From the NCBI GenBank assembly GCA_017608385.1, contig JAFCFZ010000009.1:1-54596 (forward strand): a DNA stretch of 54,596 nt, written 5' to 3'. Source of the stretch: Candidatus Parvarchaeota archaeon. Lineage in GTDB: Archaea; Nanobdellota; Nanobdellia; B33-G15. How positions within the stretch are numbered: the stretch's first letter is position 1; every line of letters starts with the position of its first letter. Position numbers and translations under genes: made by a program. The notes beneath the pieces were generated by a model. It saw only the letters and a program-made list of their open reading frames with translations. It was not told the origin of the DNA and made no database searches. This document shows positions 36,604 through 44,746 of this stretch, one piece after another.

Positions 36604-36637
36604 TTACGCCAGGAGCAGGACTCGAACCTGCGACTGG
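36604..36637 (-). repeat. tRNA 3'-end-derived direct repeat, copy 2 (att-like)
   Basis: Identical 34-mer to 35705-35738; the flanking about 60 nt (to 36696) is about 70% identical to the copy-1 flank with a single 3-nt indel. Confidence 0.85.
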
Positions 36638-36736
36638 GTCTTTGAGGTTGTTCTTAAAGGAATTTGCGGGGACGCTCTCAGGATTTTTGTTTTTCATAGA
36701 ATCCTTTAATAATTATGAATTAATAAAATTATTATA

Positions 36737-37144
36737 GTGACTATACTTATTGAAAGAACCAAAAAGAAGAAGCCAGTGAATGTTGTTACCGCCTTAGGAT
36801 TAACAATTCTCGTTATCTCTTTGTATAGTTTAGTTGATTTCGAAAATAAAACTACAAACCCTTGGGCACTCTTAGGTACGTTGGTGGGTTTATTACTGGC
36901 ATTATTGGGTTTTATTTTTTCAGAAGAAATTCCAAAAAGAAATCAAGAGGGAATATTTCCTAATTTTAAGTATTATTCTGAAAGAATATCTGTAATGGGT
37001 ACGTGTGCTTTTATGTGTTATTTGTTTACCCTCCTTTCAATAGAACTACCTGGCTTTTTCCTTATAGGGTTATTAGTAATTATCACTTTCTCCTTCATTT
37101 TTATTTGGGGGCTCTGGGAAATTTATAAAAAGATGAAAGAGTGA
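36737..37144 (+). CDS. Hypothetical membrane protein (135 aa)
   Basis: GTG start, four hydrophobic segments; stop lies 6 nt from the 3' end of tRNA-Ser(CGA). Confidence 0.45.
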   Translation: MTILIERTKKKKPVNVVTALGLTILVISLYSLVDFENKTTNPWALLGTLVGLLLALLGFIFSEEIPKRNQEGIFPNFKYYSERISVMGTCAFMCYLFTLLSIELPGFFLIGLLVIITFSFIFIWGLWEIYKKMKE

Positions 37145-37150
37145 ATTCAA

Positions 37151-37234
37151 CGCCCGGAGCAGGATTCGAACCTGCGAGGGGATAAACCCACTTGCTTTCG
37201 AGGCAAGCGCCATACCGGACTAGGCGATCCAGGC
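37151..37234 (-). tRNA. tRNA-Ser (anticodon CGA), type II with long variable arm
   Basis: Folded by hand: acceptor GCCUGGA/UCCGGGC (one G-U), D arm GCC..GGC, anticodon stem CUUGC/GCAAG with loop CUCGAAA, variable arm GGG-UUUAU-CCC, T arm GCAGG-UUCGAAU-CCUGC, discriminator G; no encoded CCA. Confidence 0.9.
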
Positions 37235-37280
37235 ATTATTAATAATTAAAGAATTGATTTAAAAACATTATAAAAAAAGA

Positions 37281-37520
37281 TTATTTCGAACCGTATTTAG
37301 TAAAAGCCCTTAATCTTGGCAAATACTTTGTATCTTCTAAAAATTTCGTTTGTTCTGCAGACACCATTCCATTATCACCCATGTCATTCAAAAATTCCGA
37401 ACATAATCCAGCTTCTTGACAAGCGATATCCATCTCTATTTCTTTGAATAATTCACTGACTTCTTCATTAATTAATTCTATATCTCTCATTTTATAAGCT
37501 ATATAATTTATATTTTTCAT
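37281..37520 (-). CDS. Hypothetical acidic protein (79 aa)
   Basis: ATG 25 nt downstream of the duplicated TATA module. Confidence 0.5.
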   Translation of the reverse strand: MKNINYIAYKMRDIELINEEVSELFKEIEMDIACQEAGLCSEFLNDMGDNGMVSAEQTKFLEDTKYLPRLRAFTKYGSK

Positions 37521-37534
37521 ATTGGTTACTTAAC

Positions 37535-37564
37535 AGTGATTATTTATAAATATTTTTAAATTAA
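37535..37564 (-). promoter_or_regulatory. Duplicated promoter module, copy A (TATA tttataaata in minus sense)
   Basis: agtgattatttataaatatttttaaattaa; 27/30 identical to 37881-37910; same distance to the downstream ATG. Confidence 0.55.
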
Positions 37565-37607
37565 AAAAAACATAATAAAGAGAATGAAAAAATGTTTAAA
37601 AAACTAA

Positions 37608-37865
37608 TTACTGATGACTTGACTCATACTTTGAGCAGAGAGTAAGTCCACTAATTATTACTCTGTCAAGAAGTCCCTTACCTATTCCTTGTTTTTTTAA
37701 CTTCCTTTCTAAATTCACTATTTTTTCTCTGTCTATTGTACAAGATTGTCTACCAACATTAATTTTTCTTGGAAATGGTCTTTTACTATATGAATTTAAT
37801 TTTCTACTTTTGTCGTTTTCACTAATATCATGTAAATCCATAAATCGTAAATATTTTTCTTCCAT
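37608..37865 (-). CDS. Hypothetical protein (85 aa), possibly ribbon-helix-helix
   Basis: RQSCTIDREKIVNLERKLKKQGIGKGLLDRVIISGL has a strand-helix-helix look; weak. Confidence 0.45.
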   Translation of the reverse strand: MEEKYLRFMDLHDISENDKSRKLNSYSKRPFPRKINVGRQSCTIDREKIVNLERKLKKQGIGKGLLDRVIISGLTLCSKYESSHQ

Positions 37866-37880
37866 AATTAACTACGAATT

Positions 37881-37910
37881 AGTGGTTATTTATAAAGATT
37901 TCTAAATTAA
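37881..37910 (-). promoter_or_regulatory. Duplicated promoter module, copy B
   Basis: agtggttatttataaagatttctaaattaa; TATA centred about 26 nt upstream of ATG 37865; overlaps the nitroreductase stop. Confidence 0.55.
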
Positions 37911-38437
37911 TATTTTTCCCAATGTATTATCTCTTTAAGAGGCTTTTTATTGCGTGGAACAAGCTTTCTGCTGATTTTCCTTAAGACTTCTTCTTTTTTA
38001 GTTCTTTCTAATCGTTGATAACCCACAGAAATTAGACAAACAATCTTCTTTTTTTTAGGAATGTTAAGAAGTTTTTTGACCTTTTCTTCTCTAAAATCAC
38101 CAATCCAACAGGACCCTAAACCTAATTCTGTTGCTTGCAGAACCATATTTTGTAAGGCAATAGATACATCTATTTTATAGTATTTTAATTGTGGGTCTCC
38201 AACACCAACAATAACAAGTGGAGCTTGATCAAGAAATCTCGCAAAAAAAGTATCCTTGGCTATTTTTTCCCTTGTTTTTTGATCTTGAACAATAATAAAG
38301 TCCCAGGGTTGCTTATTCATAGCAGAAGGGGCTAATCTCCCTGCTTCAAGTATTTTTAGGATTTTCTCTTTTTCCACTTTTTTGTCTAAATATTTCCTTA
38401 CACTTCTTCTCTTTTTGATTGCTTCTTCTACCTTCAT
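37907..38437 (-). CDS. Nitroreductase-family flavoprotein
   Basis: AIKKRRSVRKY...ILEAGRLAPSAMNKQPWDFIIV...LGLGSCWIG. Confidence 0.85.
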   Translation of the reverse strand: MKVEEAIKKRRSVRKYLDKKVEKEKILKILEAGRLAPSAMNKQPWDFIIVQDQKTREKIAKDTFFARFLDQAPLVIVGVGDPQLKYYKIDVSIALQNMVLQATELGLGSCWIGDFREEKVKKLLNIPKKKKIVCLISVGYQRLERTKKEEVLRKISRKLVPRNKKPLKEIIHWEKY

Positions 38438-38498
38438 GATTATTCTAAATGGTTTGCAAATAAAAATCTATATTAAAGAATGCTTGATATTCTTAAAT

Positions 38499-39809
38499 AT
38501 GGCTCATCAAATTGTAATAGGTAGAAATCCAGATGATAGAGAAAAATTTGGTTTGAAAGGATCTGTTTTTATTGGTAAACAATATATCACAATGGGTAAA
38601 ACAACTTCTTTAGCAAATGAGATTTATCTTGATGTTTCAAGACCCCATGTTCTATTATTGTCGGGTAAGAGGGGTTCTGGGAAATCTTATACTATGGGAG
38701 TAATTGCAGAAGGTGTTTCTGAGATGCCTGATGAGGTTAAAGACAATCTTTCATGCATATTCTTAGACACTATGGGAATCTATTGGAGCATGAAATTTCC
38801 TAATTATAGGCAAACAGATATTTTAGAGGATTGGAAGATAGAACCAAAAGATATGAGCAAAAATGTTAGAGTATTTGTTCCAAAAGGTAAATTTAATGAG
38901 ATGAAGAAGAAAGGAATACCTGTAGACCATGCTTTTTCAATAAAACCTTCTGAATTAGAGCCAATGGATTGGTGTATTATTTTTGAGTTGGATTTAAACC
39001 ATCCTATAGGGATATTGATGACTCGTGTTATTACAGAACTAAAAAAAGGGAAAACAGAATTTTCAATAGAAGATATAATTGATAAGGTTGAAAGAGATGA
39101 AAAATCAGACTCAATAATGAAAGATTCTGCTGTTTCCAGATTTAAAATAGCTGATTCTTGGGGTATTTTTGATGAAAAAGGGACAGATTTGACTTTTTTG
39201 TTGGAAAGAGGAAAGGTTTCGGTTCTCGATGTCTCTCAATATAGTCATGCAACTCAAGGATTTAGTATAAGATCTTTGGTTGTAGCTTTATTATCTAGGA
39301 GAATTCTTCGTGAAAGAATGGATGCAAGGAAGATTGAAGAATTATCAGAAATACAAACTGGTTGGAGATATTTTAAAATAAGTTACAAAGAAAAGAAGAC
39401 AAAACAGGTTCCTTTGGTATGGCTCTTTATAGATGAGGCACATGAATTCTTACCAAGAGAAGGTTCTACAATAGCAACAGGGCCTTTAATTCAACTAATT
39501 AGAGAAGGAAGACAACCTGGAATATCATTAGTATTAGCAACACAACAACCAGGAAAAATTCACACTGATGTAATGACTCAATCAGATCTAATAATTTCTC
39601 ATAGAGTTACTTCAAAATTAGATGTGGATGCACTTAATGTAGTAATGCACTCTTATTTACCATATGCTCTTCAAAAATACCTTGATAATTTACCTAGAAT
39701 AGGTGGTTCTGCAATTGTTTTGGATGATAAACAAGAAAAGGTGTATCCAATTCAGATAAGACCAAGATTTACTTGGCATAGTGGGGCAGAGCCAGTTGCT
39801 ATTGAATAA
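38499..39809 (+). CDS. HerA/DUF87-family P-loop ATPase
   Basis: Walker A SGKRGSGKSYTMG, Walker B LVWLFIDEAHEF, ATQQPGKI...QSDLIISHRVTS; ATG 38499 lies about 27 nt after a TATA-like box, and the track start 38382 is antisense overlap with the nitroreductase gene. Confidence 0.75.
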   Translation: MAHQIVIGRNPDDREKFGLKGSVFIGKQYITMGKTTSLANEIYLDVSRPHVLLLSGKRGSGKSYTMGVIAEGVSEMPDEVKDNLSCIFLDTMGIYWSMKFPNYRQTDILEDWKIEPKDMSKNVRVFVPKGKFNEMKKKGIPVDHAFSIKPSELEPMDWCIIFELDLNHPIGILMTRVITELKKGKTEFSIEDIIDKVERDEKSDSIMKDSAVSRFKIADSWGIFDEKGTDLTFLLERGKVSVLDVSQYSHATQGFSIRSLVVALLSRRILRERMDARKIEELSEIQTGWRYFKISYKEKKTKQVPLVWLFIDEAHEFLPREGSTIATGPLIQLIREGRQPGISLVLATQQPGKIHTDVMTQSDLIISHRVTSKLDVDALNVVMHSYLPYALQKYLDNLPRIGGSAIVLDDKQEKVYPIQIRPRFTWHSGAEPVAIE

Positions 39810-39824
39810 AATAAAAAAGAAAGA

Positions 39825-41348
39825 TTATTGACATAATCTTGTTGCTGCTTCTAAGGTTTGTTTAGCTAAGACATACCTTTTTTGTAAGTAAAGTGCTTTA
39901 GCAGATCCTAAAGCCAATACACACTCTCTTGATTGTCTTTGTACTGATGCAATATTTACATTTGATACAGAACTTATTGATGGAGCTTGTGTCAGTGTTG
40001 CATATAAACCCCTTAATTCAGCATCTAAACTAGCTGTATTGGTTGTTGTGCTTTCATCTGAAACTAATTGATTGACTGTTTTGTTCAATTGGTTTCTATA
40101 TTTCCACACATATTTGTTCTTTAATTGTATCAATTGGTAACACTTTCTCATTGCTTGAACATAATCCCCATCTTGGTATGTGGAAATTGTTTCATCAATG
40201 GTTTCTTCTGCAACACTAGGAATTATTGCACTGTATATTCTGAATTGATGTAGTGTTTCATTACACCTTCTTACAATAGCTGGCCAGTTATCTCTTATTG
40301 CGTTGGTTATTGTTCCTAAATTAATTTTCCAATTATCACTGAGATTTCCTATTGTTTGGTTTAATCTATTCCTTATTAAGATTGCAACATCTTTTGGAAC
40401 ACCAACAATGTGGTCAACAGTGATGTTTTCAGCTTCAAGAACATTCACTATTTCTAATGCTAATGCTCTTTTTCCAACAACAAATAATTTAGAATAATTG
40501 GCTTCTTTTACAGTATCTACTGTATCATCTATTTCGCTTTCAGACCATACTAAAAGAGCTCTTCCTTTTGGTATACTTGGTGCATTTATGTGATCTGTCC
40601 AATTTCCTGCTGCAACAATAACTAATGGAGTATTTTGTCCCCATCTGTTTGTTATTCTGTTTTTTACCCTTGTTTGAATGGTTTCCTTTAATTGGGTAGC
40701 TGTTCCTGTAAAGGATTCTACAGCTTTATTTGCTTGCTGGAGTTTTGTTCTTAATGTATCATTCCCCCCAATTACTGTAATATTGTCAATTCCCAATTCA
40801 TTCAAAGTATTATTTACATCTGTTGGTAATTCTCCTTCTGGAACAAATAACAAAGGAATTACTTCTGAAGCAGCTTCTTCTTTGGCTAAGGCAACTAAAT
40901 CAGGATTTCCATCTTCTGGATTTCCCTCTGTGTCAGCTACAATAATAGCTCTATCAATTCCTTCTGCCCAAAAATATCTTGCAACTTCTGCTGCAGTTCC
41001 ATATCTTGTCATTCCAAAAAATCTGACAACATTGTAACTTGAAAAGAAATCTTCTATTTCTTCACTAACAACTGCAGGTCCACCAAAAATGTAAACATTT
41101 TCAGGGTTAATGTCTTCAATTGCAGACATAACTTCTGATGCAACAGTGTCTTTATCTATCACAAAAACACTAGCGCCTATTTTATTGGCAACAACTCCTG
41201 CTATCATACTATCTGCATAGTTTAAATTTGAGACTAATATGACATCTTCCCCATATGCAACTGAAATAAGCACAGGGTCAGCTGCAAAAGCTGTTCCAAA
41301 AGCACTTAGTATAAAAATACTTAAAACAGCTAAAATGGCTTTCTTCAT
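39825..41348 (-). CDS. Secreted protein with three cell-wall-binding-repeat-2 (CWB2)-like modules and a helical C-terminal domain
   Basis: Signal peptide; three units of the type ..ILVS..NYADSM.AG.VA.K.GA.V....D....EV...I....P..VYIFGG..VVS; visibly less AT-rich than neighbouring genes. Confidence 0.6.
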   Translation of the reverse strand: MKKAILAVLSIFILSAFGTAFAADPVLISVAYGEDVILVSNLNYADSMIAGVVANKIGASVFVIDKDTVASEVMSAIEDINPENVYIFGGPAVVSEEIEDFFSSYNVVRFFGMTRYGTAAEVARYFWAEGIDRAIIVADTEGNPEDGNPDLVALAKEEAASEVIPLLFVPEGELPTDVNNTLNELGIDNITVIGGNDTLRTKLQQANKAVESFTGTATQLKETIQTRVKNRITNRWGQNTPLVIVAAGNWTDHINAPSIPKGRALLVWSESEIDDTVDTVKEANYSKLFVVGKRALALEIVNVLEAENITVDHIVGVPKDVAILIRNRLNQTIGNLSDNWKINLGTITNAIRDNWPAIVRRCNETLHQFRIYSAIIPSVAEETIDETISTYQDGDYVQAMRKCYQLIQLKNKYVWKYRNQLNKTVNQLVSDESTTTNTASLDAELRGLYATLTQAPSISSVSNVNIASVQRQSRECVLALGSAKALYLQKRYVLAKQTLEAATRLCQ

Positions 41349-41430
41349 AAATGAATTATATTCAAACTTTTTTAAATAGTTTTAGTAGAACAGGGAAAGG
41401 TTTTTATGTTTGTTAGTGGTTTAATCTTTT

Positions 41431-41757
41431 ATGAGTGAAGTTATATTTCCTGTTTATGAAAGACTCCAAAAATTAGGAGGAGCTAAGAAAACAGGACCAA
41501 TAACAGCGTTTATACATGTTTATCTCAAAGAAAAGACATCTGGAAAAGATAAAGCCACATTAAAGGGAATTGCTAAAAAATTATTAAATCAAAAGATAGT
41601 TCAAGAAGTTTATATCGTAGCAGGAGAAGCAGATATTTTGTTGAAAGTAAGAGCTCAGGATGTTTTTGAATTAGGTGAATTTGTTTCGGAAAAGATGAGA
41701 GAAATTAAAGGAATCGAAAAAACAGTCACAATGATAATTTTGAATAAAGTTAAGTAA
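41431..41757 (+). CDS. Stand-alone Lrp/AsnC ligand-binding (RAM) domain protein
   Basis: AFIHVYL...VQEVYIVAGEADILLKVRAQDVFELGEFVSEKMREIKGIEKTVTMIIL. Confidence 0.6.
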   Translation: MSEVIFPVYERLQKLGGAKKTGPITAFIHVYLKEKTSGKDKATLKGIAKKLLNQKIVQEVYIVAGEADILLKVRAQDVFELGEFVSEKMREIKGIEKTVTMIILNKVK

Positions 41758-41787
41758 AAATATAAATCAAAACCCTCTCTTTATTTT

Positions 41788-42402
41788 ATGAAATTAATGC
41801 AATTTTCAATTGTTTTATTGTTGATTATATTTGTAATGGGATGTACTTCTCCAACAAATATTGTTAAATTATCTGAAATTGCTAGAGAAAAAGATGATGG
41901 AGCTGTTAGGATATATAATGCTCAATATAATCTAAGTATAGGTGATTTAGAAGGAGAAATTAGTGGCGTTTTTATTGGTTTAAACAACGATATGACTTCT
42001 AGAGGCCTTTATCGTTTTAATATTTCAAATTGGGAAGGAGAAGACATTACTTTTAATATTAGATGTAATGAGAGAACAGGTAATCCAGGAAGTTTGGCTG
42101 TTTATGTTATTGATGATTTTGGAAGTGTTTCTGATAAACAAGGAGTCGATATTTCAAGATATTGGGAATTTTTAGAAGGAGGAGTGTTGGCAGGAGAAGT
42201 GTCTCCTCTAACAAATCAATGGATGGAAATTTTAATCCCAAAAAATATAGTTGAGTCTAAACTAGATCATGAAACCATTGCTTTTATGATAAAATTATCA
42301 AATGAGAATAAAACAGAGGGAAGTGGTTATTCCTTGATAACATATGAATGGTCTATTTTGTATAACTTTTCTTTACCTTATTTAACTGAGAAGTTCATCT
42401 AA
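41788..42402 (+). CDS. Secreted/lipobox-like hypothetical protein (204 aa)
   Basis: Signal-like MKLMQFSIVLLLIIFVMGCTSP; no family recognised. Confidence 0.55.
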   Translation: MKLMQFSIVLLLIIFVMGCTSPTNIVKLSEIAREKDDGAVRIYNAQYNLSIGDLEGEISGVFIGLNNDMTSRGLYRFNISNWEGEDITFNIRCNERTGNPGSLAVYVIDDFGSVSDKQGVDISRYWEFLEGGVLAGEVSPLTNQWMEILIPKNIVESKLDHETIAFMIKLSNENKTEGSGYSLITYEWSILYNFSLPYLTEKFI

Positions 42403-43035
42403 TGCCTGTTTTTGAAGAAATTGTATTTTCTTTTGAAACACTAATGAGAGAAAGTTATTATGGAGCCCAAAATCAATTCTTTCTGTGCTGTCTTTTTCAA
42501 ATTTTGTAGATAGTTCTACAATAGACCCCCCATTTTCTGAATATAATTGATGAACAGAATTAAATGGTAATTCTAATTTAACTTGAAATTTTTCTTCTTG
42601 ATCTAAAACCATTAAATTTTCAAGAGAAGGACAAATAAGAGATCCTTCAACTTTTTTTGGAGTTTTCATATATGCTAATTCTGGTTTTGGGGGAAAGAAT
42701 AGAGTATAAACTGTTCCTTTGTAAGCCATAAATACTTCTTCTTTTCCTTTCTTTTCTTTAGATCCTGGATGATATTGTAAACTCAGATTTTTTCCTTTAT
42801 CTATTTCTAATATTTTAACACAAATATCGTCATTTCTGTAAATTCTTTCTTCCCCCCAATTGTCTTTTGGAACAATTTTTATAGGGTTTTCAAAATCTAT
42901 TTTTAAGGGCTTTTCTAGTTGACTTAATTCTGTGTATTCTTTTTTTGAAATTTCATCAGTAATATTTCTTAAAACAGGATCTACTACTCGCATTGTTTTT
43001 GCTAAGGACATGATTTGAATCGAGAAAACCCACAT
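42382..43035 (-). CDS. Cupin-fold protein, mannose-6-phosphate isomerase type II-like (tentative)
   Basis: KILEIDKGKNLSLQYHPGSKE...EVFMAYKGTVY resembles the cupin LSLQ.H motif region. Confidence 0.45.
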   Translation of the reverse strand: MWVFSIQIMSLAKTMRVVDPVLRNITDEISKKEYTELSQLEKPLKIDFENPIKIVPKDNWGEERIYRNDDICVKILEIDKGKNLSLQYHPGSKEKKGKEEVFMAYKGTVYTLFFPPKPELAYMKTPKKVEGSLICPSLENLMVLDQEEKFQVKLELPFNSVHQLYSENGGSIVELSTKFEKDSTERIDFGLHNNFLSLVFQKKIQFLQKQALDELLS

Positions 43036-43089
43036 AATAAGTCTTTTTAATCAATATATTTTATAAATGATTTCATCGTATTTATAATC

Positions 43090-44034
43090 ATGATTTATGA
43101 TGTCATTATAGTGGGAGCAGGTCCTGCAGGATTATCTGCTGGTATTTATGCTGCTAGATATGACCTAAAAATATTGATTATATCCCAATTACCTGGAGGT
43201 TTAGCAACAACAGCACATCTAGTTGAAAATTATCCCGGATTTTTAAAGATAAATGGAATTGAATTGATGAATAAATTCAAAAAACAAGCAGAAACATTTG
43301 GAGCAAAAACAATGGTTGCAGAAGTTTTAGATATTCAAAAAAAAGGAAGAACTTTCCAGGTGATAACTTCTGATACTAAAAAACATTCAGCAAAATCAGT
43401 TATTTTAGCTTTAGGGTCTGTTAGAAGAAAATTAAATGTCCCTGGAGAAGATGATTTGTTAGGAAAAGGAATTAGCTATTGTGCTACATGTGATGCTGCA
43501 TTTTTCAAAAACAAAGAAGTAGTAGTTATAGGGGGTTCTGATACTGCTTTAAAGGGAGCTCTTGTTCTAAAAGATCATGCTAAAAAAGTAACTATAATTT
43601 ATAGAAAGGATAAATTAAGAGGAGAACCTATGATGAGAAAAAGAGTTCTTTCTTCAAAAAAAGTTTCAGTTATCTACAATAATTCTCCTGTTAAGATAAA
43701 AGGTAAAAACAAAGTGGAGTCCATAATAATTCAAGAGGTTAATACTAAGAAAAAGACTAAATTAAAGACAGATGGCGTTTTTATTGAAGTAGGAGACATT
43801 CCTTCTACTTCTCTTGCTAAGAGAATTGGAGTCAAGGTGAATAAAGAAGATTATATCATAGTAGATAAAGACATGAAAACAAGTTTACCAGGTTTTTTTG
43901 CAGCAGGAGATGTGACCAATGAAACTAACTTCAAGCAAATAATCACTGCAGCTTCTCAAGGATCTAAATCAGCATATTCTTGCTATATGTTTCTTAATAG
44001 CGGAAAAATAAAGAAAACTAATTGTAATTCTTAG
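43090..44034 (+). CDS. trxB: Thioredoxin reductase
   Basis: YDVIIVGAGPAGLSAGIYAAR, redox-active CATCDAAFF, second Rossmann VVVIGGSDTA, GFFAAGDV. Confidence 0.9.
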   Translation: MIYDVIIVGAGPAGLSAGIYAARYDLKILIISQLPGGLATTAHLVENYPGFLKINGIELMNKFKKQAETFGAKTMVAEVLDIQKKGRTFQVITSDTKKHSAKSVILALGSVRRKLNVPGEDDLLGKGISYCATCDAAFFKNKEVVVIGGSDTALKGALVLKDHAKKVTIIYRKDKLRGEPMMRKRVLSSKKVSVIYNNSPVKIKGKNKVESIIIQEVNTKKKTKLKTDGVFIEVGDIPSTSLAKRIGVKVNKEDYIIVDKDMKTSLPGFFAAGDVTNETNFKQIITAASQGSKSAYSCYMFLNSGKIKKTNCNS

Positions 44035-44746
44035 GCAACTCACCTAACTTTTGGATAAATTCATGGATTTCTTCATTAGTCAAATTTATTATTCTTTTTG
44101 AAAGAATTTCATCATTAAGTTTCATTGAATTGATTGCCATGGTTGCTTCTTTTTTATTCATATTAAAATGACAGAAAGATTCTCTCAAAGCATTTTTTAG
44201 TTTTTTATCAAATTGCTCTATTGTTTTTGATAATAAATTATCAGATGGTTTTCTCTCCAATTTTAATAGAACAGACTTTGTTTTTGGTTTTGGTTCAAAA
44301 GAATCTTTTGATATTTCTTTAAGAAGTTTTATTTTGAACATTTCAGAATAGAAAATTCCTGCTTTAGTATCTTCAAACTTTTCATACAATTTCTTTGGGA
44401 AAGTCACAATAATATATTCAAAATCATTTCTCAAAAATTTCATTATTAAAGCTTCACATATTTTGTATGGTAAATTAGAAATTAGGACTTCTGATGAGGG
44501 CCAATTCAATTTTAATGCATCCCCAATTATCACCTCAACTCCGATCTTCTTTAATTCATCTTCAAATCTTTGATCTTTTTCAATAACAACTACTTTTTTT
44601 GCTTTTTTTATAAGAAATTTTGTTAGATTCCCAGACCCCCCACCAATTTCTAAAACAGTTTTATCTTTTCCAAAATCAGAGATAAAATCTAATAGAGGTT
44701 CATCAATCATAAAATGCTGATCTTTTTCAGGGATTGGAGATTTCAT
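44018..44746 (-). CDS. ksgA: 16S/18S rRNA (adenine-N6,N6)-dimethyltransferase KsgA/Dim1
   Basis: QHFMIDEPLL, VLEIGGGSGNLT, ISNLPYKI; ATG overlaps the upstream stop (ATGA). Confidence 0.85.
   Translation of the reverse strand: MKSPIPEKDQHFMIDEPLLDFISDFGKDKTVLEIGGGSGNLTKFLIKKAKKVVVIEKDQRFEDELKKIGVEVIIGDALKLNWPSSEVLISNLPYKICEALIMKFLRNDFEYIIVTFPKKLYEKFEDTKAGIFYSEMFKIKLLKEISKDSFEPKPKTKSVLLKLERKPSDNLLSKTIEQFDKKLKNALRESFCHFNMNKKEATMAINSMKLNDEILSKRIINLTNEEIHEFIQKLGELPKNYN

Noticed and set aside
35705-36700. Idea that the two tRNA-like fragments are 3' halves of Nanoarchaeum-style split tRNA genes
   Set aside because: Neither fragment has a recognisable anticodon-stem 3' strand at the right distance from the T arm. 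I found no matching 5' half (acceptor GCCAGGA) in non-coding DNA of this window; the only occurrences are inside CDSs at about 49789 and 53921. The upstream flanks are not GC-rich leader-type sequences. This cannot be fully excluded without the whole genome.
38499-39809. HerA/DUF87 ATPase as part of a defence system or conjugation/packaging module
   Set aside because: There is no adjacent partner gene (NurA, Sir2, DUF4297, nuclease, VirD4-like). The neighbours are a nitroreductase and a convergent surface protein. It is treated as a solitary ATPase.
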